Assembly: GCA_964419495.1 (NCBI GenBank)
Contig: CAYQQX010000004.1
Span: 5,165-69,164 of the forward strand
Direction of reading: 5' to 3'
DNA from: an uncultured Anaerolineales bacterium
Lineage (GTDB): Bacteria; Chloroflexota; Anaerolineae; Anaerolineales; UBA11858
Length of the DNA: 64,000 bases
Part shown: one piece after another, positions 26,561 through 35,341 of the stretch
Layout: the number at the start of each line of letters is the position of its first letter
Position numbering within the stretch: the first letter of the stretch is position 1
Translations under genes and position numbers: made by a program
The notes under the pieces: model-generated
What the model was told of the DNA's origin: nothing
The model's input: only the letters and a program-made list of their open reading frames with translations
The model's database searches: none

Positions 26561-28336
26561 ATGCCAATCAAAATTCTTCCCGATGAAATTGCATCCCAAA
26601 TTGCCGCTGGCGAAGTGATTGAACGGCCAGCTTCGGTGGTTAAGGAACTCGTTGAAAATGCCATTGACGCTGGCGCCAGCCATATTTCTGTTCAAGTTGA
26701 GGGGGCAGGCAAATCGGTCATTGAGGTCGCCGATGATGGCCTTGGGATTGCCCCTGGTGAATTAGTTTTATCAGTTACACGTCATGCCACCAGTAAGCTG
26801 GCCTCAGCAGAAGATCTCTTCGAAATTGATACTTTGGGTTTCCGGGGTGAAGCACTAGCTTCTATTGGATCCGTTTCCCGAATGACGATCACATCGCGGC
26901 CGCGTGATTCTGAGATGGGCATGCAATTACAGGTCGATGGGGGTAAAGCTGCCGAACCGCAGCCATTGGGTGCCCCCTCAGGAACAGTTGTGCGTGTGGA
27001 AGATCTATTCTACAACGTGCCCGCCCGTTTGAAATTCCTCAAGAGCGATCGCACTGAGCGTCGCCATATCACTACCCTTGTTACGCACTACGCCCTTGCA
27101 TACCCTCAAATCCGTTTCCAGTTGAGACAAGCAAATCGCCAGGTTTTACAGACCAGCGGCAAGGGTGAACGCCGTGAGGTGCTGGCATCGCTCTACGGCG
27201 TTGATATCGCCCGACAAATGCTCGAAGTGCTGGCTCAATTTGATGATCTGGCAATTAGGGGCTTTGTTAGCCCAACATCCGTGACTCGTTCGAATAGGCG
27301 AGATATCATCTTTTATGTCAACGGCCGGCCAGTTCAGGATTTTTCGTTGACAACTGCCGTGGTAAAAGCCTATCATACGATGTTAATGGTGGGGCGATTC
27401 CCCATGGCCACGATCTTCTTGGAGATGCCCCCAGATGCCGTTGATGTCAATGTCCATCCCACCAAGGCGGAAGTACGCTTCCGTCAGCGAGATGAAATAT
27501 TTCGCAGTGTTGGCCTTGCAACTCGCCAGGCCTTACTCGCCAATACGCCCATCCCAGAAATAGACGAAATGAAGGAGCGTATCCAGTGGATCGACCAGTC
27601 CTTTGGGCGTGATTCGGAGCAAAAAGAGAAGGACCCGGCCTGGGGGATGGACAAAAGCGTCGAAGGTTGGTCTTTGGATGTTGAGCGTACTCCCCCCCAG
27701 GATGTGCTTGATCCGAAACCCATAGCCAGTGCCGAACAAGCCGAACTTCCTGATGTAAATGTCCCACTTCTGCGTCTTATCGGTCAGGTGGCAGCGACGT
27801 ACTTGATTGCCGAGGGCCCAGATGGACTTTATCTCATCGATCAGCATGCCGCTCATGAGCGCGTGCTCTTCGAGCGCTTCCTTGCCCAAAGGAGCCAGGA
27901 GATTCCCGCTCAGCAGCTTATGGAGCCGGCTACCGTCGAGCTTCCCTTGGCCAGCGCAGACCTGCTCGAGGAGCAAATCCCACTGTTGTCTAAATTGGGT
28001 TTCCAGGTTGAGCCTTTCGGGAGAGGTACTTTTCTGGTTAGAGCAATTCCGGCTTTGTTGTCTGGGATGGATCCGGGTGCCGCGCTGCGCGTGGTTGTGG
28101 AAGATTTTGAAGAGGACGAAACGCCACTCAAGGACGCGGTTGAAAATAAAATCATCGCCAGGGTTTGCAAGCGCGCGGCGGTCAAAGGAGGCCAGGTGCT
28201 ATCCCCAGATGAGCAAGAAGCTTTACTGCGTGATTTGGAAGCCAGTCAGGCTCCGCGCACATGCCCGCATGGCCGGCCGACCATGATCCACCTTTCGGTA
28301 GATTTGCTCGAGAGGCAATTTGGCCGCAAAGGCTAG
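26561..28336 (+). CDS. mutL: DNA mismatch repair protein MutL
   Basis: 591 aa with GHKL N-terminus IAAGEVIERPASVVKELVENAIDAG, a DNA_mis_repair domain and the C-terminal dimerisation domain. Confidence 0.95.
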   Translation: MPIKILPDEIASQIAAGEVIERPASVVKELVENAIDAGASHISVQVEGAGKSVIEVADDGLGIAPGELVLSVTRHATSKLASAEDLFEIDTLGFRGEALASIGSVSRMTITSRPRDSEMGMQLQVDGGKAAEPQPLGAPSGTVVRVEDLFYNVPARLKFLKSDRTERRHITTLVTHYALAYPQIRFQLRQANRQVLQTSGKGERREVLASLYGVDIARQMLEVLAQFDDLAIRGFVSPTSVTRSNRRDIIFYVNGRPVQDFSLTTAVVKAYHTMLMVGRFPMATIFLEMPPDAVDVNVHPTKAEVRFRQRDEIFRSVGLATRQALLANTPIPEIDEMKERIQWIDQSFGRDSEQKEKDPAWGMDKSVEGWSLDVERTPPQDVLDPKPIASAEQAELPDVNVPLLRLIGQVAATYLIAEGPDGLYLIDQHAAHERVLFERFLAQRSQEIPAQQLMEPATVELPLASADLLEEQIPLLSKLGFQVEPFGRGTFLVRAIPALLSGMDPGAALRVVVEDFEEDETPLKDAVENKIIARVCKRAAVKGGQVLSPDEQEALLRDLEASQAPRTCPHGRPTMIHLSVDLLERQFGRKG

Positions 28337-28356
28337 CCTTTTAGGACTGAGTTAGC

Positions 28357-29869
28357 ATGTCGGATTGGATTCTCATTATTCGGGTTTCGGGGGAAGAGGC
28401 GATCAATTATGAGTTAAAAACTGGATGTAACAGCATTGGCAGAGGGTTAGGGAACGACATTGTCATTGAGGACGAGTCTGCCTCCCTCAAACACGCTGAG
28501 ATCAATCTTGATTGGAGAAAGAAAAAAATCACAATCCATGATTGCGGCAGCACCAATGGTACTTTTGTCAATCGACAACGCCTTACAGGAAAAAGGATAT
28601 TAAAAAACAAAGATGTCATTCGGATTGGCAGCTCAGTGCTGAAACTGGTTTTGAGTGGGGCCAGCGAAGATACGCGCGCTTTGTCTGGCACACAGCATTT
28701 TTCGCGTGAACAAGTACTCGAAGCATTAGATCATCACGCCGTGCTCATGTATGAGATATCCGAACGACTGAATGTGGTTACGGATATTGAAACAGCATTG
28801 TTAGAGGTTTCTTCTCTGATGCAAAAGGCCATGGGGGCCAATAAATGCAGCGTTATTCTTGCGGATCAATTTGATATTTTGCCCAGTATTGGTTTCCCAA
28901 AAACCATTGCGGAAACTGCCATTACCACTCGATCGGCTGTGATAGTCCAAGACAAAAACAAGATCAAAGGCGCCAGCGCCCAATTGATTGGGATTGAATC
29001 GGCAATGTGTATTCCAATTTTGGAGAAGGAAGAAGTCATCGGGCTGGTCTATATGTACAAAACCAGTGCACGGGCGCGCCCTTTTTGCAAAAAATGATTT
29101 GGAGGTGGCTATTGCAATTAGCCATCAGGCGTCGTTGGTCATCCAACGAATGCAGTTGCTAGAGCGAGTCCAGGAAGAGCAAAACATCCGGCAGGTTTTA
29201 CAGCGTTTCATTTCCCCTCAGGAAGCGGAATTCCTCTCGAAAAATTTTGATGTTGGCACCCAATTGCCTGGTCTTTCCGAGAAAAAAGTTTCAGTTATGT
29301 TTGTGGATGTTGCCGAATCGACTGCTCTGGCCGAAAAGCTTAGCCCCCAAAAGTTTGGTGAATTGCTGAATGCTTTTTATCTGGCAATCACAGATATTAT
29401 ATTCGCTCATGATGGTGTAGTTCGCTACCTTGGCGATGGCGTCATGGCGGTCTTTGGTATGGTCGGTGCACAAACAAAATTTGAGATCAAATCCGCACGT
29501 GCGGGTTTAGCTATCCTCTCCAAACTTGGATATCATTTAGAAGGATTTGGCGTTGAATTTATCGTTGGGATCAGCATCGCCTCGGGTCAGGCGGTCTTGG
29601 GGTATGTGGGCACAGACCAAAGAGTTGAATTTACCGTTTTAGGTGATACTGTAAATTTGGCGGCCAGGTTGCAGCAATACGCCCGTCCAAATCGCCTGTT
29701 GGTCGATACACAAACCGTCGAAGCACTTGAGGAAAGGTTTTTGGTGCGAAAATTGCGGCCAATAAAAGTTAGAGGCCGCCAAACTGAAGATCCAATTTTC
29801 GAAGTTTTTGCTGAATCCGAAAAATGGGATAAATTATTCTTCACGGAGGAGCAAAATGAGATTCACTAA
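28357..29869 (+). CDS. FHA - GAF - class III adenylate/guanylate cyclase, split by a 1-nt frame break
   Basis: ORFs 28357..29097 (FHA, then GAF) and 28988..29869 (GAF end, then cyclase with FVDVAEST and YLGDGVMAVFG) join as ...ARPF|AKNDLEV... if one nt is removed from ccctttttgcaaaaaa (29075-29094). Confidence 0.8.
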
Positions 29870-30884
29870 ATTACTATGGGTAGGATTGTTGGTATTAATT
29901 TTCGGTTGTCAAGAAGCTCCCCCGGCTTTAGAGCACACAGAATTCAAAGACGAAGTTGAAGTTGTACCTATATCTTTAGCGGGTCCTGTTTCCAAACGAA
30001 ATGCTGAAATATCTGGATTGGCCTGGTATGGAGATACCTTGATTCTTGTGCCTCAATACCCTCAAATATTCCCAACTGAGATTGGGGGCAGTCTTTTTGC
30101 CATTCCCAGGGATCAGATTCTTGCCTACCTTGAAGGCAGCTCTACGGATGAGATTACGCCCCAGGTGATCCCATTTGATGATGCTGGCTTGGGGGATAGT
30201 ATTACAGGTTTTGAAGTTTTTGAAGCGATTGGGTTTTCGGGCGAGGGTGTATTCATGACCATCGAATCGGAAACTAACACCGGCATGATGGGCTTCCTTG
30301 TGACTGGTGAGATTCAATCAAACCTCAACGGATTATTTATAGAAGGCAGTTCTTTGCGAGAAATTCATCCCCAAGCGGATTTAGACAATTTCACCGACGA
30401 ATCCATTCTGATGCTGGATGATAAATTTTTCACCTTCTATGAAGCCAATGGAGCCAATCTCAACCCACTACCCATTGGACACGGCTTCGATCTGAGCCTC
30501 AATCCAGTTGAGAATGTGGCCTTCCCAACGATCGAATATCGCATCACCGATATGACCACAATCGATGATCAAGGTCGATTTTGGGCGATCAATTATCATT
30601 ACTCCGGTGACACTAATAAGATGAACCTGGCAGAAGATCAAATTGTTATCAGATACGGCCAAGGAGCGAGCCATGCTGAATCCGAGCATGTCGAGCGTCT
30701 GGTTGAGTTTCAATATACCCAGGAGGGCATCACCTTTATTGATAATCAACCCGTCCTCCTGCGCTTGCTGGATAACGGCAAAGCACGTAATTGGGAAGGT
30801 ATTGTTCGTCTGGACGATCTTGGCTTCTTACTGATTACAGACAAACACCCCGGAACCATTTTGGGTTTTGTGCCATTCCCCTAA
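29856..30884 (+). CDS. Lipoprotein, beta-propeller-like (phytase-like esterase family?)
   Basis: Start at M17 of the track ORF, behind GGAGG. MRFTKLLWVGLLVLIFGC lipobox. EISGLAWYGD and GFEVFEAIGF resemble PF13449-type proteins, but only weakly. Confidence 0.45.
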   Translation: MRFTKLLWVGLLVLIFGCQEAPPALEHTEFKDEVEVVPISLAGPVSKRNAEISGLAWYGDTLILVPQYPQIFPTEIGGSLFAIPRDQILAYLEGSSTDEITPQVIPFDDAGLGDSITGFEVFEAIGFSGEGVFMTIESETNTGMMGFLVTGEIQSNLNGLFIEGSSLREIHPQADLDNFTDESILMLDDKFFTFYEANGANLNPLPIGHGFDLSLNPVENVAFPTIEYRITDMTTIDDQGRFWAINYHYSGDTNKMNLAEDQIVIRYGQGASHAESEHVERLVEFQYTQEGITFIDNQPVLLRLLDNGKARNWEGIVRLDDLGFLLITDKHPGTILGFVPFP

Positions 30885-30943
30885 ATGAATAGGACATTTC
30901 ATCCGCGCTGATCTGCGTTTATCGGCGGTTAGAATATTCTCTA

Positions 30944-31933
30944 ATGCAGGCAATCTGGCTCGAAGATCAAAAACTTGGCATTCGTAACGATATTTCTGTT
31001 CCTAAGCCAAATCCAGGAGATGCTTTAATCCGTGTGCGGTTGGCAGGCATCTGCAGCACAGATTTGCAACTGGTGCGCGGTTATTATCCTTTCACCGGCA
31101 TTTTGGGGCACGAGTTTGTCGGTGAAGTCGTTGAAGCTCCAGGGTATCCCCAATGGGATGGGCAGCGCGTGGCCGGAGAAATCAACATCGTTTGCGGAAA
31201 ATGCAGCTCATGCATGGCGGGGCGGGCAAATCATTGTGAACAGCGCTCCGTTTTGGGGATCAAAAATTGGCATGGTGCTTTTGCCGAATACCTGACTTTG
31301 CCTGTTGAGAATCTTCAACGAATTCCTGGAAAATTATCTGATGAAGCAGCCGTTTTTGTTGAGCCGCTTGCTGCTGCCCTGCAGATTCAAGAACAAGTGG
31401 ATATTCAACCCTCTGACCAGGTGTTGGTAGTGGGTGCTGGCCGTTTGGGCCAGTTGATCGCCCAATCCTTGACGCTGACCGGATGTGAATTACAGGTTGT
31501 TGCTCGCCATGACAGCCAACGCAAGCTCCTTAGCGAACGAGGTATTATGGCCATAGGAGAATCTCAAATTCCCGAGCGAAGTATGGACATTGTCGTAGAT
31601 GCCACTGGCGCCCCAGGCGGCTTTGATTTAGCCCGTAAAGCCATCCGCCCTCGCGGCACGCTGGTGGTCAAGAGTACCTATGCCTGTGATCTGCAGTTGA
31701 ATTTTTCGGCCATTGTCGTCGATGAGATCACTGTCATCGGCTCGCGCTGCGGGCCCTTCAAGCCGGCCATACAGCTGCTTGAAAATGGGCAGATCGATCC
31801 CAGACCGTTGGTGTCGGCCCAGTATTCATTGGCAGATGGCTTGGCTGCGATTGCTCATGCTGAGCAGTCGGGCGTTATGAAAGTGTTGCTCAAATGCGAG
31901 CAGATTACCAAAAACTGCCTGAGCGGACACTGA
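30944..31933 (+). CDS. Zinc-dependent medium-chain alcohol/polyol dehydrogenase
   Basis: 329 aa with GICSTDLQLVRGYYP..GHEFVGEVVE, structural Zn cysteines CGKCSSCMAGRANHC, and Rossmann motif VVGAGRLG. The last 6 codons lie inside repeat copy B. Confidence 0.9.
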   Translation: MQAIWLEDQKLGIRNDISVPKPNPGDALIRVRLAGICSTDLQLVRGYYPFTGILGHEFVGEVVEAPGYPQWDGQRVAGEINIVCGKCSSCMAGRANHCEQRSVLGIKNWHGAFAEYLTLPVENLQRIPGKLSDEAAVFVEPLAAALQIQEQVDIQPSDQVLVVGAGRLGQLIAQSLTLTGCELQVVARHDSQRKLLSERGIMAIGESQIPERSMDIVVDATGAPGGFDLARKAIRPRGTLVVKSTYACDLQLNFSAIVVDEITVIGSRCGPFKPAIQLLENGQIDPRPLVSAQYSLADGLAAIAHAEQSGVMKVLLKCEQITKNCLSGH

Positions 31934-32002
31934 GCTGAACCCTGAGCCTGTCGAAGGGTGACGAAGTGCTAGTCGAAGGCTGGCTTATGGCGTCCGCTCA
32001 GG
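31916..32002. repeat. 66-nt repeat copy B with 11-bp terminal inverted repeat (MITE/REP-like)
   Basis: 31916-31981 matches 24871-24936. cctgagcggac (31918-31928) is the reverse complement of gtccgctcagg (31992-32002). Confidence 0.85.
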
Positions 32003-32141
32003 ATTTTGCAACGTTGGGCGTTGTTTCTAATATCTGAGCCAAACCGTTTGGGCTGGCTGCCCAAGTGAGTAGTCTCAACCTTAGAGTATTTAAAAGGATT
32101 GGTTGAGTGGATTAGAATGTATTCGTTTCGGTGAATTAATG

Positions 32142-33335
32142 TCACTGTGGAGTGATAGGTAAGTGGAACGTAAAAGTTGTGCCCTTATCTGCTTCACTCT
32201 CGAAATCAATTTCACCCCCATGGCCTTCGATTATTCGTTTGACGATTGAAAGGCCCAGACCCGTTCCCTGTGCGTAGCGTTCAGAACCGGGAACTCGGAA
32301 AAATTTACTGAACAATCGATTGTGGTATTTTTGGTGAATTCCAATCCCTGTATCTTTCACAATAATGTGAATAAGATTTTGGTGGGAATCCGCTTTGAGT
32401 AAAATCTTGCCCCCCGTGGGTGTGTATTTGATAGCGTTGCTCAGCAGGTTTATCACAGCTTGCTTGATTTTGTCACAATCCCCCTGGATATTAGGAAGAT
32501 CGTCGGGAACTTCGATGCTGCAAAACAATCCTTTTTCTTCGGCCTGACCAATGATTAATTGAAAACATTCATTGAGCAGGATCCCCGGGTTGAAGATTTC
32601 CACCTGTAATTGAGATCTTCCAGATTCAAGCCGGGCAACATTCAAGAAATCGCTCGACATATCTGCCAACCGCGTTGTTTCCCTTTGGATATTTTTGGCC
32701 AGTTGTTCGCGTTTTTGGTCGTTAATCTCGGGGTGGGTCAGCAAGTGCGTTGCTGTGCGCAGGGATGCCAGTGGGGTGCGTAATTCGTGCACAAATTCTG
32801 AAATCAGGTCAAATTGCTGGAAAAGGCGCGAGTTCTCGATAGCGATGGCGGCTTGGGCCCCGAGGTTTAGCAAGGCTTCTTGATCATCGGCTGAGAAATT
32901 GCCATTTTGTTTGTTAATCGCTTCCAGAACGCCGCTGACTTTATCCTTGGCAATCAAGGGAACACCCAGCAGCGAATCTGTCTTTTGCCCAAGAGATTGA
33001 TCTATCTGGCCGAAGTGCCGGTCATCTTTTGTGGTATCGTCAATGATGATCGGTTTGCGGTTTTTTACAATCCACCCCGCAATACTCCCTTCCACAGGCA
33101 CTTCAACCCCTCGGAGCATTGGGTCTTCAAATTGAGAAGCAACTTGAAAGTATATGCGCTCCAGCCGTTCATCATAAAACAATATCGATGCCGCTTCGGA
33201 GTCTGTCAATTCGGCAGCGGCTTCAACGATGCGCTTCAACAAAATGTCCAAATCTAGTGTCGAAGTGAGGTCTTTGGAAATTGACAGGATCTTCTTATAA
33301 CGAGAGATTTGAGAATTTTTAGGTTTATTAGTCAT
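32142..33335 (-). CDS. Cytoplasmic GAF-domain sensor histidine kinase (HisKA + HATPase_c)
   Basis: Start taken at M26 of the track ORF (ATGACTAA overlaps the sirtuin stop). GAF region, H-box FVHELRTPL, then NLLSNAIKYT and DTGIGI. Confidence 0.85.
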   Translation of the reverse strand: MTNKPKNSQISRYKKILSISKDLTSTLDLDILLKRIVEAAAELTDSEAASILFYDERLERIYFQVASQFEDPMLRGVEVPVEGSIAGWIVKNRKPIIIDDTTKDDRHFGQIDQSLGQKTDSLLGVPLIAKDKVSGVLEAINKQNGNFSADDQEALLNLGAQAAIAIENSRLFQQFDLISEFVHELRTPLASLRTATHLLTHPEINDQKREQLAKNIQRETTRLADMSSDFLNVARLESGRSQLQVEIFNPGILLNECFQLIIGQAEEKGLFCSIEVPDDLPNIQGDCDKIKQAVINLLSNAIKYTPTGGKILLKADSHQNLIHIIVKDTGIGIHQKYHNRLFSKFFRVPGSERYAQGTGLGLSIVKRIIEGHGGEIDFESEADKGTTFTFHLPITPQ

Positions 33336-34095
33336 CGATAAGTTCGGCTGCGATAGCAGGGATGATCTCAGCCACATCGCCCTGCAGGACGGCTTCAGCT
33401 TGGGGATCAATATAAGTTTCCGATTTGTTCACTACTATGATTTTAGCATTATTCTCGGCTGCTCGGGCTGGCAATCCCGCCACCGGCATCACTTCGAGGG
33501 ATGAACCTGCAACAATCATCACATCACAATTTTCGCTGGAACGGCGAGCACTCAACCATGTTTTGGCGGGAAGCTGCTCTTCGAAAAGAACCACATCGGG
33601 CTTGAGAATCTGCTGGCATTCTGGGCAGCGGGGGATCTCCCCGTGGTCGATATAGGCATCGATGAAATCGTCAGTCGATTGCTGTTGGTAGCATCCAATG
33701 CACGTCAGGGTGTTAAGTGTGCCGTGAACTTCCAATACGTTTGCTGAGCCAGCACGCTGGTGTAAGCCGTCAATATTTTGCGTAATTACTGTCTTCAGGA
33801 ATCCTTGCTTTTCCAGTTGGGCAAGAGCTAGATGCGAAGCATTAGGCTGTGCGTTGAGCATATGACTCGCCAAAGGGCGCAGCCATTCAAAAAATCGTTC
33901 CGGCTTATACCGGAACGATGAAAGTGATGCGACCTCCATGGGCAAAAACCGGGTCCACAACCCACTGCCCGCGGATCGAAAGTCTGGAATTCCTGAAGGG
34001 GTTGAGCTGCCCGCCCCCGTGAGCACTACTGCATGTCTAGCGTTTTTTAGCAGGCGAACTGCTGCATCTAGATCTACATTTTGGGGGCGAATCAT
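33328..34095 (-). CDS. cobB: NAD-dependent protein deacylase, SIR2/CobB family
   Basis: 255 aa with GAGSSTPSGIPDFRS, TQNIDGLHQRAG, catalytic HG, Zn ribbon CIGC...CPEC, and GSSLEV. Confidence 0.9.
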   Translation of the reverse strand: MIRPQNVDLDAAVRLLKNARHAVVLTGAGSSTPSGIPDFRSAGSGLWTRFLPMEVASLSSFRYKPERFFEWLRPLASHMLNAQPNASHLALAQLEKQGFLKTVITQNIDGLHQRAGSANVLEVHGTLNTLTCIGCYQQQSTDDFIDAYIDHGEIPRCPECQQILKPDVVLFEEQLPAKTWLSARRSSENCDVMIVAGSSLEVMPVAGLPARAAENNAKIIVVNKSETYIDPQAEAVLQGDVAEIIPAIAAELIDD

Positions 34096-34107
34096 AAATG
34101 GCGAATA

Positions 34108-35264
34108 TTATTGCTGAATGATCGTTGACGCTAATTTGGTAAATTGTTCCGCAGTCAGGCTGGTGGGCTGCTGAACAACCATCGGAACATTGATTTCGAC
34201 AGCTTTGTAGGCTAAATCTGGCGCTGGTGTGATCACCGTGGCAATGGGGTGTTGAATGGCCTCTTGAACGTCGGACCAGTTCAGCTGCATGCTCGTGCGC
34301 TGGCGATTGACCAGGGCAGCGCGAATGCGGTTCTTGTTGACTCCCAAGGCAACTAGATCATCGATTAGCGCTTTGGTTTGCTGCACACCAAGGGGCGTTG
34401 GTTCGACAACAACCAGGAATTCGTTGATGTCTTCGAGAATGGCCTGTGTGACTAGGGACAAAGCCGAACCGAGGTCAAGCACAATGAACTTTGCCATACT
34501 GGGAAGTTGTTGCGCGATGGTTTTGAACTGATCAACCCTGGTGCCATAGATGGCGTCCCTCGGTCGTGGATACCACTATCATGAGTCAAAACATGATTTT
34601 GGATATCCATGGCAGTGATCATCTTGGCATCTTTGCGCAGTAATTGTGCCGCACCATTAGCCGTAAACCCAAGGCTCAGGCCGATATCGCCACTCCCAGG
34701 AGTGAAGTCTGCAACAACAACATTATCGCGAGTCAGTTTCTGAATCGACACAGCCAGATTCGTCGCCAATGACGAAACCCCTAATCCGCCTTTTGCAGCC
34801 AGAACGCCAACCACGTATCCACGTGTTGGGACTACTGGAGCTGCTGGTTCAGGTTGCGCAACTGGCGCTTTTTGCGAGCGGGCCAGCAGCGCCTTAACTT
34901 GGGCCAAAAGCTCTCTGGGTTGGGTTGGCTTTGTCAGGTATGCATCTGCCCCGGCCTCCAGGCCCTCAACTTTGTCATCCACCTGAGCTTTGGCTGTGAA
35001 CATAATGATGGGAATCGAAGCCGTATGGACATTGGCGCGCAATCGCTTGGCAACTTCAAAACCGCTCATGTCCGGCATCATTACATCCAGAAGAATCAGA
35101 TTGGGGAGATCGGATTGAGCCTTATCTAAGGCTCGTTCACCATTATCAGCCGCGCTGATCTGATAGCCCTGGCGTTCAAGCATTAACCCTACCAGGCGTA
35201 AGGTTTCGACATCATCATCAACAATTAAAACCTTTTCAGCCATTACGTCCTCCTTGGGAGACAC
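34108..35264 (-). CDS. Response-regulator receiver fused to MinD/ParA(CpaE)-like domain; 1-nt frame break; degenerate Walker A
   Basis: ORF 34452..35264 (receiver, DVMMPDMSG; then AKGGLGVSS in place of KGGxGK[ST]) continues as ...PRPRDAIYGTRVDQFKTIAQQLPSMAKFIVLDLG in the frame of ORF 34108..34497. The break lies near 34566-34574. Confidence 0.75.
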
Positions 35265-35341
35265 AATCCCTATCAGTCTAGCACAAACTGTAGGTCACTA
35301 CAAGCGTACTCTAGTAACTCCAACGCGTTATAATTGCCTTA

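Noticed and set aside
26474-26695. N-terminal 74-aa extension of ORF 25844..26695
   Set aside because: It uses a TTG start, overlaps the mutL start on the other strand and has no HAD homology. The paralog alignment starts at MKLSTLF (26473).
33328-34095. SIR2-domain gene as an anti-phage (NADase) defence effector
   Set aside because: It is a compact 255-aa canonical sirtuin with all deacylase motifs and the Zn ribbon. It has no extra effector or sensor domain and no typical defence partners, and it is embedded in a two-component operon.
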